A stretch of 64,000 nt of DNA, taken from contig CAZSWA010000007.1 in assembly GCA_964610465.1 (NCBI GenBank), positions 4,062 through 68,061 on the forward strand, given 5' to 3'. Within the stretch, counting starts at the first letter, position 1. Each line of letters begins with the position of its first letter. Positions 27,483-36,308 of this stretch are shown one piece after another. This DNA comes from an uncultured Gammaproteobacteria bacterium (GTDB lineage: Bacteria; Patescibacteriota; Microgenomatia; Levybacterales; UBA12049). Below the pieces are notes generated by a model, which worked only from the letters and a program-made list of their open reading frames with translations, had not been told where the DNA came from and made no database searches. Made by a program: the position numbers and the translations under genes.

Positions 27483-29783
27483 TTATCTTCTTTCATATAT
27501 CACTATCTGTGAATTATCAAATATTTTTTGAAGATTATATTGTTTTGCCTCCCCTTCTCCAAATCCAGAACCTAAGTATCTTGGAATTACCAGTAACTTA
27601 TTTTGATAATTTGTAAGAGAAATAGTATTGTTTGCATTTCTCATAATCTTTTGCCAACGAGTAGCAGTTATCTCTCCAGCAAACTGGTAATTATCATAAA
27701 GAACAGGCCGAAAAGCTTTATAGACTGGTTTGTCTATTGGGAAAAGGTACAAAACATCTTTGTGTTGTTTATTTATTAATTCAAGAGCATTCATTTCAAA
27801 AGGAGTTAAGACAAGTTTTGATCGTGAGATAAACATTACTCCAATTATTATTGCAAGAACGACTGGAATAAAACCTAATGATACTAATATAAGTTTTTTT
27901 GATTTTGTTTTATAAAAAATGAGAAGTGAAATTGCCACTAATAAAACTCCTATAAATGCTAATCCTAAAAGGATATATTTATACGTTGATCTATCAATTG
28001 GGAAATAAGGTACATGGAGAAAAAACAAAACCAGAATAGTCCAAAATACAAAGTATATTGGTTGTAATCTTCTATTTTGCAAACGAACAATAAAAATATA
28101 ATGGAAACATACAAGAAGAAGAAAAGGAAGAATCTGAAAAATAAGAATAAGTCGCATAACTGGAGAAAAATATGGAAGAGAAAGAAGAAACGATAAAAAA
28201 AGTTCTTTTTTATCAAAAAGAAAAGATAGTGTATTAAATTGTCCATTACTCAAAAACGGATACGCAATAAAAAGCGGAAGTAAAAGAATAACTGCATGAA
28301 TCAGAAATATGTTTTTATTTTTTCGGATGAAATAGAAAAATACTAAATACAAAGAATAAAGAAGTAGTAAAATCCAGAATGTGTCAATGTAAAAGCTGTT
28401 GTTTGATGTCAAAGATAGTATGTTTTTGCTACTATCATATATCTTAAAATCAGAATCAGTAAAATCAGCAAGTTTTTGCGTACCACTAGAAAGAATTACT
28501 ACTCCATTATGTTCTTTGATATTCATACTATCAGTGCTTTTCCAAAGTAATTTTTTCTGTTGAGGAAGATATGCAGAATCAATAATTGCAGGTGTATCAA
28601 TATGAAGAAAGCCCTGGGAATTAGGAAGAAGTGAAAATTCTTCTGGAGTTTTTGTCTGATAGTTACGATAATCAACAAGCGATATCTTATCTCCTTTTTT
28701 TTGTATTCCTATTCTAAAATTTGGAGAATTGTACCAGAATGACTGGTCATTGGTTTTATAATCTTTTGTCAAAAAATAATGATTTGGAGCAAATACTTGA
28801 TGGTTTTGCAAAAACATATGAGCATAGTCCTGAGCTGTTGCAATAACTGCTTTATGTTCACTTTGTAACTTTGCTGCTTCATCCAGTACATGTTTGTAGT
28901 GAGTATTGTCTCCATAGGCTTTGGCTGACCCACCATTTTCAAGGCCAATTATTATTTGAGAGAGAGGTTTTTGCAAATATACATGAGACAAATAATCGAA
29001 ATAGTTGATATCATAGCCTTTGAGTTCAAAATCCTGAAGACTGTAGGTGCTATGTTGCCATATATTCCCATACCCTTCAGTTGGATCCCTGTCTGCCCAT
29101 TGCATCATGACAACTTTTGTACTGGAATCAAATGTACTTGCAGGAATCCCGCCATTCTCCTTCGATGCAAGATACGGGATGCTCCATGGTGTTCCCCAAA
29201 TTGTATATACGTCTAAATCAAACTGATCAGCAGCTCGCATCGCACCTGTAATACCATATTTTTTCTGCATATATACAAGTGAGTCAGCGCTTATCCACCA
29301 CGCTCCGACTGTTTTTGGATAGTAGCCAAACGTTTGTTTAAATTTAGCAAAAGCAGTATCAATAAGTTTCTTACGTTCCTGCAGGTCATAAGAAAAAAGG
29401 AATAATCCATCTGAAAAATACCAGGGGCCGCGTCCTCTATACTGTACATGAGACTTTTGAGTAAAATTTCTATCGATTTCCAAAAATAATCCAAATTCCT
29501 GGCCTTTCATTTGTGATTTGGCAAAATCTATCAAATTGCTGTTTTCTAGTGCGCTATATTGCCAAAGCCAAGTTGCAGGAATATGAAGAGAGTGAGTTGT
29601 CTCCCATTGAGCTTTCAGACCTGTTAATAAATTTTCATGTTCATGTCCTAATTCATTACCGCGTATGGGATTGATAAGCGTGATTACTGGAAGTGAAGTA
29701 TCATCATAAGCAAAGACATGGTTTGAAAAAAAGAAAAATAAGAAAAGAGGAAGAATAAAAAATAATTTCCTAGAATATCTCAT
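27483..29783 (-). CDS. Large membrane protein with extracellular glycoside hydrolase/deacetylase-like domain and C-terminal TM bundle
   Basis: Signal-like N-terminus; PATWL.QY, EFGLFLE, FGYYPKTVGAWW; several TMs in the C-terminal part. Confidence 0.6.
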   Translation of the reverse strand: MRYSRKLFFILPLFLFFFFSNHVFAYDDTSLPVITLINPIRGNELGHEHENLLTGLKAQWETTHSLHIPATWLWQYSALENSNLIDFAKSQMKGQEFGLFLEIDRNFTQKSHVQYRGRGPWYFSDGLFLFSYDLQERKKLIDTAFAKFKQTFGYYPKTVGAWWISADSLVYMQKKYGITGAMRAADQFDLDVYTIWGTPWSIPYLASKENGGIPASTFDSSTKVVMMQWADRDPTEGYGNIWQHSTYSLQDFELKGYDINYFDYLSHVYLQKPLSQIIIGLENGGSAKAYGDNTHYKHVLDEAAKLQSEHKAVIATAQDYAHMFLQNHQVFAPNHYFLTKDYKTNDQSFWYNSPNFRIGIQKKGDKISLVDYRNYQTKTPEEFSLLPNSQGFLHIDTPAIIDSAYLPQQKKLLWKSTDSMNIKEHNGVVILSSGTQKLADFTDSDFKIYDSSKNILSLTSNNSFYIDTFWILLLLYSLYLVFFYFIRKNKNIFLIHAVILLLPLFIAYPFLSNGQFNTLSFLFDKKELFLSFLLSLPYFSPVMRLILIFQILPFLLLVCFHYIFIVRLQNRRLQPIYFVFWTILVLFFLHVPYFPIDRSTYKYILLGLAFIGVLLVAISLLIFYKTKSKKLILVSLGFIPVVLAIIIGVMFISRSKLVLTPFEMNALELINKQHKDVLYLFPIDKPVYKAFRPVLYDNYQFAGEITATRWQKIMRNANNTISLTNYQNKLLVIPRYLGSGFGEGEAKQYNLQKIFDNSQIVIYERR

Positions 29784-29841
29784 CAGTAATTTGTGTATAG
29801 TATACTTGATTAAATGACAAAATAATAGAAGATAAGAAAAA

Positions 29842-30369
29842 TTATATATGAAAATGTTTTATAATTTCTTCTGCAGCTTCCTCAGGAGATATATTAGAGG
29901 TATCAACAGTTAATTGATTGTCATAAGAAATTTTATTCAAAGATTCTGGATATTTTTTAAACCATTCATCTAACTTTTCAGAAGAACTAATTTTATTCAT
30001 GGCTTTTCTTGAATCATTGTCTATACGAGCATGAAGCGTTTCTTGAGAAACAGTAAGATGTACAAGTAAACATTGTGAATTAGCTTTTTCAACAGTTGTA
30101 AGTATATTTTTATAAAAATCTTCATTATCACGCATAATTATTCCAGTTACTATCATATTGATATTAGCCTTTACAGCTTCCTCAATTATTCGCAAACGAA
30201 ATTCTTTCTCAAGTCTTCGACGTGTAGGATGTTCATACCCAAAAATCTCGCTAAGTAAATTGAGTATCATGTGATTATGGAAAAGCGTAAATCCAGTAAG
30301 ACTGGCTAATTCTTTTGCTATTGTATGTTTTCCTGTACCTGGAACTCCATAAATCAAAATCAGTTTCAT
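29842..30369 (-). CDS. P-loop nucleoside/shikimate kinase-like protein
   Basis: LIYGVPGTGK Walker A, FHNH, VDTSNISPEE. Confidence 0.8.
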   Translation of the reverse strand: MKLILIYGVPGTGKHTIAKELASLTGFTLFHNHMILNLLSEIFGYEHPTRRRLEKEFRLRIIEEAVKANINMIVTGIIMRDNEDFYKNILTTVEKANSQCLLVHLTVSQETLHARIDNDSRKAMNKISSSEKLDEWFKKYPESLNKISYDNQLTVDTSNISPEEAAEEIIKHFHI

Positions 30370-30371
30370 AT

Positions 30372-31304
30372 TTATTCTACTACGACTTGTGCGGCTTGAA
30401 GAATTTTTCCAGAAGTTTTTTCACCATAGTAACCTTTTAATACTTTTACTATTTTTTCACCTTTCCCATCAATTGCCATTTGCCATTTTGGATTGAATGT
30501 ATCTCCAATTTTTGGCATTTTTCTTTCTATCCCATGTTCGTCTAAATAACTTAGCGCTTCATTCTGTACTTTTTCTAATTTTGCTTTATTCTCCTTTTTA
30601 TCCATGGTAGGAAGAGCAAATTCCATATTATCTACAAACTCCATTATTAAATGAGTAGAGTAATTTATTCTATCTGCTTTATTCTCTTCTGTATTTGCGG
30701 CAGGAACTGACTGTGATTTTTTATCAAGATCAGTAATTCTGTTATGTAAATGAGCCTGTATACCCTTTAAGCCTATAAACCAAGGTGATGATATGGCTCC
30801 TAGTTCTTCAAAATCTTTGATATTTCTATCATAAGCGGTTATTATATGAAGAAAATTTGGATCTAATTCTGCTAGAGCTTTCCAGCGTTCATGAGACGGC
30901 GTTTCTGTAGTAGTAATACCACTATATTTTTGTTTTTCAAGATGGTCATAGAATTCAATAAGATTATGCATGATTCTTGAAGAAGATTCCTCCGTATATT
31001 CCTCAAAAGTTTTTTGAGGTTGTTCTCCTTGTCTTTGTTTTAACATTGTATAATCAATGTTTAGTGCTTCACCTAGCAAACTATCAAAATAGGTTCTTTT
31101 TCCCTGTTCATATAAGCCTTCCATAAAAGGATTTGCTAGTCTTCGCGTTTTATCATAAAGCAATTTACCAACCATTAAAATATTTTGTTCTTCTTCTGAA
31201 GCAGGTTGTGGAGGATGTTTAGTTTCCTTTAAACCCGCAAGCATCATAGATTTTTCATGCTGCCAGGTCGGCTTGAAAGATTCCTGGTGTGTCCGACTTT
31301 CCAT
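30372..31304 (-). CDS. Hypothetical protein with C-terminal GrpE-like domain
   Basis: IGDTFNPKWQMAI...IVKVLKGY....ILQAAQVVV. Confidence 0.6.
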   Translation of the reverse strand: MESRTHQESFKPTWQHEKSMMLAGLKETKHPPQPASEEEQNILMVGKLLYDKTRRLANPFMEGLYEQGKRTYFDSLLGEALNIDYTMLKQRQGEQPQKTFEEYTEESSSRIMHNLIEFYDHLEKQKYSGITTTETPSHERWKALAELDPNFLHIITAYDRNIKDFEELGAISSPWFIGLKGIQAHLHNRITDLDKKSQSVPAANTEENKADRINYSTHLIMEFVDNMEFALPTMDKKENKAKLEKVQNEALSYLDEHGIERKMPKIGDTFNPKWQMAIDGKGEKIVKVLKGYYGEKTSGKILQAAQVVVE

Positions 31305-31361
31305 ATTACATTACTAATATTTATTGATTAGGATTATAACAAATTTTTAAAGCTAAATCAG

Positions 31362-31811
31362 TTATTTCCTTTTTTTTGCAAGTTGGATTACTACTTTTAC
31401 TCCACAGGAAAGAAGATATCCCCAGGCAACAAGAGGAGTAAAGGCTACTAGTAGATTGAAAATTATCCAGAAAAAATTAACTGGTGAATATATAAAGGTT
31501 TGTGAGCAACAGAACAGAGAATATATAAATTGTGTAAGCGCATAAAGAATAATAAGTCCTGGAAATATCAGTTTGTATTTTGAAATAATAAGAAAATTTT
31601 TATCATACGCATTGATATAGGAAATGAGAGTATTACTTACAATATAAGAAAGTATAAGTATTACAAGAAGAAAAAATAGTGCAGAGTATCCAGCACTATA
31701 CCAGAAATCTACTCCCATGATTGAGGCGATAATATAAAACATTGGAAATACTGCTAGAGTTATCAGTAGGTTTTTCCATGTAACAGGAAAAAGTTTTTTA
31801 ATGCGTTCCAT
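31362..31811 (-). CDS. Hypothetical multi-pass membrane protein
   Basis: Four hydrophobic segments. Confidence 0.65.
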   Translation of the reverse strand: MERIKKLFPVTWKNLLITLAVFPMFYIIASIMGVDFWYSAGYSALFFLLVILILSYIVSNTLISYINAYDKNFLIISKYKLIFPGLIILYALTQFIYSLFCCSQTFIYSPVNFFWIIFNLLVAFTPLVAWGYLLSCGVKVVIQLAKKRK

Positions 31812-31857
31812 TCTGTACTAAGCATCTCAAAGAGCAAACCTTTTTGTCAACACACGT

Positions 31858-32112
31858 TTATCGGTCTTTTACTATAATTGCATTTTTAGTTATTTTTATC
31901 ACATCTTCCCAGGATATATCCTTTCGACTTATTTTTTTAAATCCAAATCGTTCTAAAAATCCTTTCCTTCCATAAAGAATATAAGAAATCCTAAATACTC
32001 CTACAGAATTTTTTTTTATTTCTCCATTCAATTTTATATTTTGGACATGATCAATAGTTTTGCCAGACTTTGTGACTATTTTTTTATAAAGTAATTGTGA
32101 GAGAGTTATCAT
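31858..32112 (-). CDS. PRC-barrel domain protein
   Basis: LSQLL.KKIVTKSGKTIDHV..I...ISWEDV; ATGA coupling at 32109-32112. Confidence 0.75.
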   Translation of the reverse strand: MITLSQLLYKKIVTKSGKTIDHVQNIKLNGEIKKNSVGVFRISYILYGRKGFLERFGFKKISRKDISWEDVIKITKNAIIVKDR

Positions 32113-32468
32113 GCGCCGTCTCCTCCTGGAATTTTGCGTAACCATTTTCCAAGTATATTATCTATTGTATTAAGTCCTGCTTCTTCTGCTGTGATATCAA
32201 GTTGTATAAGTGGGAAAATATCCTTGACGTTTTTCCAGGGAATTTTGGCTACTTTTGTGCCGGGTGAAATTTTGTCAAGAAACCATCTCAAAAGACTCTT
32301 TTTCTCGCCAAACCATGCATCTGGACCAACAAGCAGTGCTTTTATTTCAAGTCTGTTGTGAGATTTTTGAATAAATTCTATATCATCAACTTTTCCACAA
32401 TGTACACCATTTTTATCGATAATTTGGCAATTTAAAAGTTCTGGTATCACATTTATTGTCTTTTTCAT
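32109..32468 (-). CDS. PRC-barrel domain protein
   Basis: LLNCQIIDKNGVHCGKVDDIE...LLVGP...IPWKNV. Confidence 0.8.
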   Translation of the reverse strand: MKKTINVIPELLNCQIIDKNGVHCGKVDDIEFIQKSHNRLEIKALLVGPDAWFGEKKSLLRWFLDKISPGTKVAKIPWKNVKDIFPLIQLDITAEEAGLNTIDNILGKWLRKIPGGDGA

Positions 32469-33700
32469 CCGTTACCTCCATTAGTGATAATAAGAAGCGG
32501 TACGGCGACAATAGCTACAACAATAATTACTCCATATAAAACCCATCCAAGAATCTTCATAATTTTCCCATTGGCATACTTTCCCATATAATCTTTGTCA
32601 TTGGCAACTAGAAAAATCGGGAGATATGAGAAAGGTAGCGCAATTACTGATGCGATAACTGCAACTTGAGTCAGTTGAAATGGATTTATCCCCATTGCGA
32701 AAATAGCAAACGCAAGAATAAAAATGAGTATCCAGGAGAAAGTAAAGCGCGGGGTCCTGGCTGGTTTTTGGTATTTTCCCCATGGCCAGCCGAAATATTG
32801 CGCGAGTGTATATGCAGAGGATAATGCTGTTTCAACGGATGTTCCGGCAATTGCAGCCAATAATCCAAGAAGCGCAAGTATCATACCGATTTTACCAAAG
32901 GAATAGATAGGACCTAAAATTGCAGTTGCCACTGTTTGAGGATTGAATCCTGCAGGGAAAAACAATATTGCACTTACGATTGTTATTGCAGTTGCATAGA
33001 TAGCACCTATTCCATATCCGACATAGGAAGTAACATAATTTGTGAGTAAATCTTTTTTTTCCCAATGTTCTTCTATCCCGCCTGATGAATAAAAATATAT
33101 TTCATACGGCATGATAGCTGCAGCTATAAGTCCGACTGCATAATACCAATAGATAATATAATCATTGAGTTTTGGAAAATGAGGAGGAATTGGTAAAAAT
33201 CCCTTTGCGACCAAAGCCCAATTGGGATGTAAAACAAGTGCATTGAGTACATAAATTCCGATAATAAGCCCTATGAATCCATATGTCCATTCAATTAATT
33301 TAAACGACATGAACCAGGTTGCAACTAGTAATACAATAAATGAGACTAGAAGCATCAAAGGATATGTTAAACCGGAAAATAGTTGTAATATTATTGCAAC
33401 ACCTCCTGCTTCTGCAGCGCATGTCAAGATATTTAAGATAAGAGATGCTAGTACAGTTAAAAATCCGATATTGGATCCAAGTCTTTCCCGTATGAGATCA
33501 AACGCTGATTTATGAGCGATTGCTGCTACACGTCCTGACATCTCACAATAAACTGCAGCACATAGTACTCCAACCACTGTTGGCCAAAGCAAGGCATACC
33601 CAAATCGTGCTCCAGCCTGTGGATTGAATACAATGTTACTGATATCAACCACTCCGCCAGCAGCAGTTAGAAATCCTAGCAATAAATCTAATATCATCAT
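32465..33700 (-). CDS. Nramp/MntH-family divalent metal transporter
   Basis: GGVVDISN, GARFGYALLW, EMSGRV, MPYEIYFYSSG, MGKYANG. Confidence 0.88.
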   Translation of the reverse strand: MMILDLLLGFLTAAGGVVDISNIVFNPQAGARFGYALLWPTVVGVLCAAVYCEMSGRVAAIAHKSAFDLIRERLGSNIGFLTVLASLILNILTCAAEAGGVAIILQLFSGLTYPLMLLVSFIVLLVATWFMSFKLIEWTYGFIGLIIGIYVLNALVLHPNWALVAKGFLPIPPHFPKLNDYIIYWYYAVGLIAAAIMPYEIYFYSSGGIEEHWEKKDLLTNYVTSYVGYGIGAIYATAITIVSAILFFPAGFNPQTVATAILGPIYSFGKIGMILALLGLLAAIAGTSVETALSSAYTLAQYFGWPWGKYQKPARTPRFTFSWILIFILAFAIFAMGINPFQLTQVAVIASVIALPFSYLPIFLVANDKDYMGKYANGKIMKILGWVLYGVIIVVAIVAVPLLIITNGGNG

Positions 33701-34155
33701 AACATTTTTTCTAATTTTGTTTCCTGTTCAAATAATCTTTGTAAATGTGTATGGATATCCGCAGTTCCTTTTGTATTTGCTGTATCAGTATCAAGTATAA
33801 GAAGCGTAATAATCGCAGTATCAATAAGAGATAATTGTTTTTGAGTAGCATTTTGGAGATTAGGTGGTACGCCATTTGAAGTAAGTGATTGATGTGCTTG
33901 TACAAGTTGATCTTTTAATTCCTCGGCATGTACTTTTGTAAATTGCTTAGTGGTTTTGTTCTGCGCTGCTTCATTGGTCATAAATGTAGTTTCAGTTAGT
34001 GTTGCTTTAACAGATGCTATTTGTTTTTTGAGATCATCAATTGTCAGTTGTTGCCCGTTTTGTAAAACCAACAAAACTCCTGCTCCAATAAGAAGTATAA
34101 TAGCTACGGTAACTGCAACTCGTTTTATCATCCAGAATGCAGCCAGTGTAGACAT
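33697..34155 (-). CDS. Membrane-anchored helical hypothetical protein, first gene of the Nramp operon
   Basis: N-terminal TM; ATGA coupling to the Nramp gene. Confidence 0.65.
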   Translation of the reverse strand: MSTLAAFWMIKRVAVTVAIILLIGAGVLLVLQNGQQLTIDDLKKQIASVKATLTETTFMTNEAAQNKTTKQFTKVHAEELKDQLVQAHQSLTSNGVPPNLQNATQKQLSLIDTAIITLLILDTDTANTKGTADIHTHLQRLFEQETKLEKML

Positions 34156-34200
34156 AATTGTTCAAAATACTACATTAAATCTGTAAGCTAATTGCAAGAA

Positions 34201-34962
34201 TTAAAGTGTGTAAGGAGTTTTGTGTTTGAATGAATTTTTTCTTGCGAATTGAAGTATTTCTTTTGCGTGCGAGAAGCCCTTCTTTTTAATTTCTTGTATA
34301 GTCACATGCTTATCAAAATATAAATGCAACACTTTATCTGCTTCTTTATAACTAAAACCGAATTCTTTTTCATCCGTTTGCCCTTCCCAAAGTCCTGCAG
34401 TTGGATTTTTCTTATGTATTTTTTCAGGCACTTTAAGATATTGTGCCAGTTCATACACTTGCGTTTTGTATAAGTGCTCTATTGGTTCAAAATCAGATGC
34501 CTGATCACCAAAGCGGGTAAAATATCCAAGTAAATGTTCTGATTTATTTTCTGTCCCGCATACAAGCGCCTGGTGCTTTTTTGCAAGATCATAAAGAATA
34601 ATCATCCGAAGTCGTGCTGCAATATTGCCTATTCTAAATTTATTTTCAATTTTTTTATCAATCTTAAGTAATTCTGCTAAAAACTCCACCTGTTCTTTTA
34701 TAGAAATAAGATAAAAATTTTCCTTAGGAATTTTTATTTTTTCACAAAGTAACTTGGCATCCGCAATTGTGTCTTCTGTAACATACAAGTGAGCTGCAAA
34801 GATATATTTTACAGGAATAGCTCTTGCAAGCAAGTGGAGAGAAGTTGCAGAATCAATTCCTCCTGATATTCCTATGATGGTATTTTGAAACATTTGTTTT
34901 TTCAAAATACTTTGAATAAAGCGGATTATTTTTTTTGTTTCTTTTTTTGTATTAATCTCCAT
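34201..34962 (-). CDS. nadE: NH3-dependent NAD+ synthetase
   Basis: GISGGIDS, NIAARLRM, GYFTRFGD, PTAGLWEGQTDE. Confidence 0.95.
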   Translation of the reverse strand: MEINTKKETKKIIRFIQSILKKQMFQNTIIGISGGIDSATSLHLLARAIPVKYIFAAHLYVTEDTIADAKLLCEKIKIPKENFYLISIKEQVEFLAELLKIDKKIENKFRIGNIAARLRMIILYDLAKKHQALVCGTENKSEHLLGYFTRFGDQASDFEPIEHLYKTQVYELAQYLKVPEKIHKKNPTAGLWEGQTDEKEFGFSYKEADKVLHLYFDKHVTIQEIKKKGFSHAKEILQFARKNSFKHKTPYTL

Positions 34963-35554
34963 ACAATGAATGTGTATATATATACCTTTCTACTTTTTTT
35001 GGAACAAGATAGCTGATTGATTTATTATAACGTATTTTTTGTCGTATCAAAGTAGATGAAATATTGGTTAAAGCAATATCTTCTGAGTCTATTATGGTAA
35101 TTGATAAAGGAATTCTTTTTAATTGTAAATATTTTTTTACTTTATTTTTCAATGTTGGTAAAGCTGTTTCTCTTGGGAAAATGATAAGTCTATGGTTTTC
35201 TATTATTTCTTTCCAGTTTTTATAACGTTTAAAATTTTCCAATTGATCACTTCCTGTAATCCAATAAAACGTATCTTGGGGATATTTGTTTGCAAGAGAA
35301 TTTAGTGTATCAATCGTGTAGCTTACCTTTTTTTGTTTTATTTCAAAATCAGAAACTCTTATATACTCGTTTTCCAGAAATCTGGTCATTGCAAGACGGT
35401 GTTTTGCAGAAATTAATTTTTTATGAAATGCATGTAAATATGATGGCATAAGCCAAATCTGGTCCATTTGTAGATGTTCTTTTACTTGTGATGCAATGAG
35501 AAGATGACCAAGGTGAGGAGGATTAAAGCTTCCACCAAGAATTGCAATTTTCAT
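34952..35554 (-). CDS. nadD: Nicotinate-nucleotide adenylyltransferase
   Basis: GGSFNPPHLGH, SYTIDTL, GSD, ISSTLIR. Start set at the ATG at 35554. Confidence 0.95.
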   Translation of the reverse strand: MKIAILGGSFNPPHLGHLLIASQVKEHLQMDQIWLMPSYLHAFHKKLISAKHRLAMTRFLENEYIRVSDFEIKQKKVSYTIDTLNSLANKYPQDTFYWITGSDQLENFKRYKNWKEIIENHRLIIFPRETALPTLKNKVKKYLQLKRIPLSITIIDSEDIALTNISSTLIRQKIRYNKSISYLVPKKVERYIYTHSLYGD

Positions 35555-35617
35555 TTCTGCTATAAATACTTGCAATTATTGTACTAAATTTAATTAGAAG
35601 GACAAGAGGAAAAATTA

Positions 35618-36235
35618 CTATGCGGCAATATGTTCTTCATCTTTTCTTTTTGAAATTGAGAAAATAAGCCACTCATTCTTTACATTTAGTTTTCCGTTTT
35701 CCCCTTTTGCATTTTTAATTATACGTATTTCTCCTTCTGAATTTCTTATAAATATATCGACTTTTGTAACATCTTGTTTTTTTCTTGCTTGTGATATTTC
35801 TTTAGTAACTTCATGATGATCTAAAGTTTTTTTCTCTTCAAGAGCTACGGCTACTGCATGTATTTCTTCAGAATTATTTACAGTAATACTTCTTGCAGCA
35901 GATGAAACTGATTCTACATCATGTCCAGAGGCGCGTATTGTAAAGAGGTCATATCCTGTTCCATCAAATCCATTTGCATGAGGCGCAGCAGCTGCTATTG
36001 GATCTGCTTTATCAAGTTCTGTAAGTCCGAGATATCCTTCTCCAGGTATAATAGTTACTTTTTTAACAGTTCTTCCATTTATTGCTGCGGTAACTGCATG
36101 AGTAGCTTCGTGCTTTGCAGTGATTCCTGCTTTTTTTCTTTGTTTTTCAGGAGGCTGGACAACTGTTGTTACTTTTGTTCCATCTTCTAAGTATTTTGTT
36201 TTGTTTATAGAAACTGGTATTCTTTCTGGACTCAT
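35618..36235 (-). CDS. Stand-alone HEXXH metalloprotease-like (M41/M50-like) protein
   Basis: TAKHEATHAVTA...VKKVTIIP..G.LG.T; no AAA+ or TM domain. Confidence 0.7.
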   Translation of the reverse strand: MSPERIPVSINKTKYLEDGTKVTTVVQPPEKQRKKAGITAKHEATHAVTAAINGRTVKKVTIIPGEGYLGLTELDKADPIAAAAPHANGFDGTGYDLFTIRASGHDVESVSSAARSITVNNSEEIHAVAVALEEKKTLDHHEVTKEISQARKKQDVTKVDIFIRNSEGEIRIIKNAKGENGKLNVKNEWLIFSISKRKDEEHIAA

Positions 36236-36308
36236 ATTAGGCGCATACTACTACTGTTTTTCAGTATCTGCAAACAGAACAAAACACTTTTACTTATGTA
36301 AGTTAATC

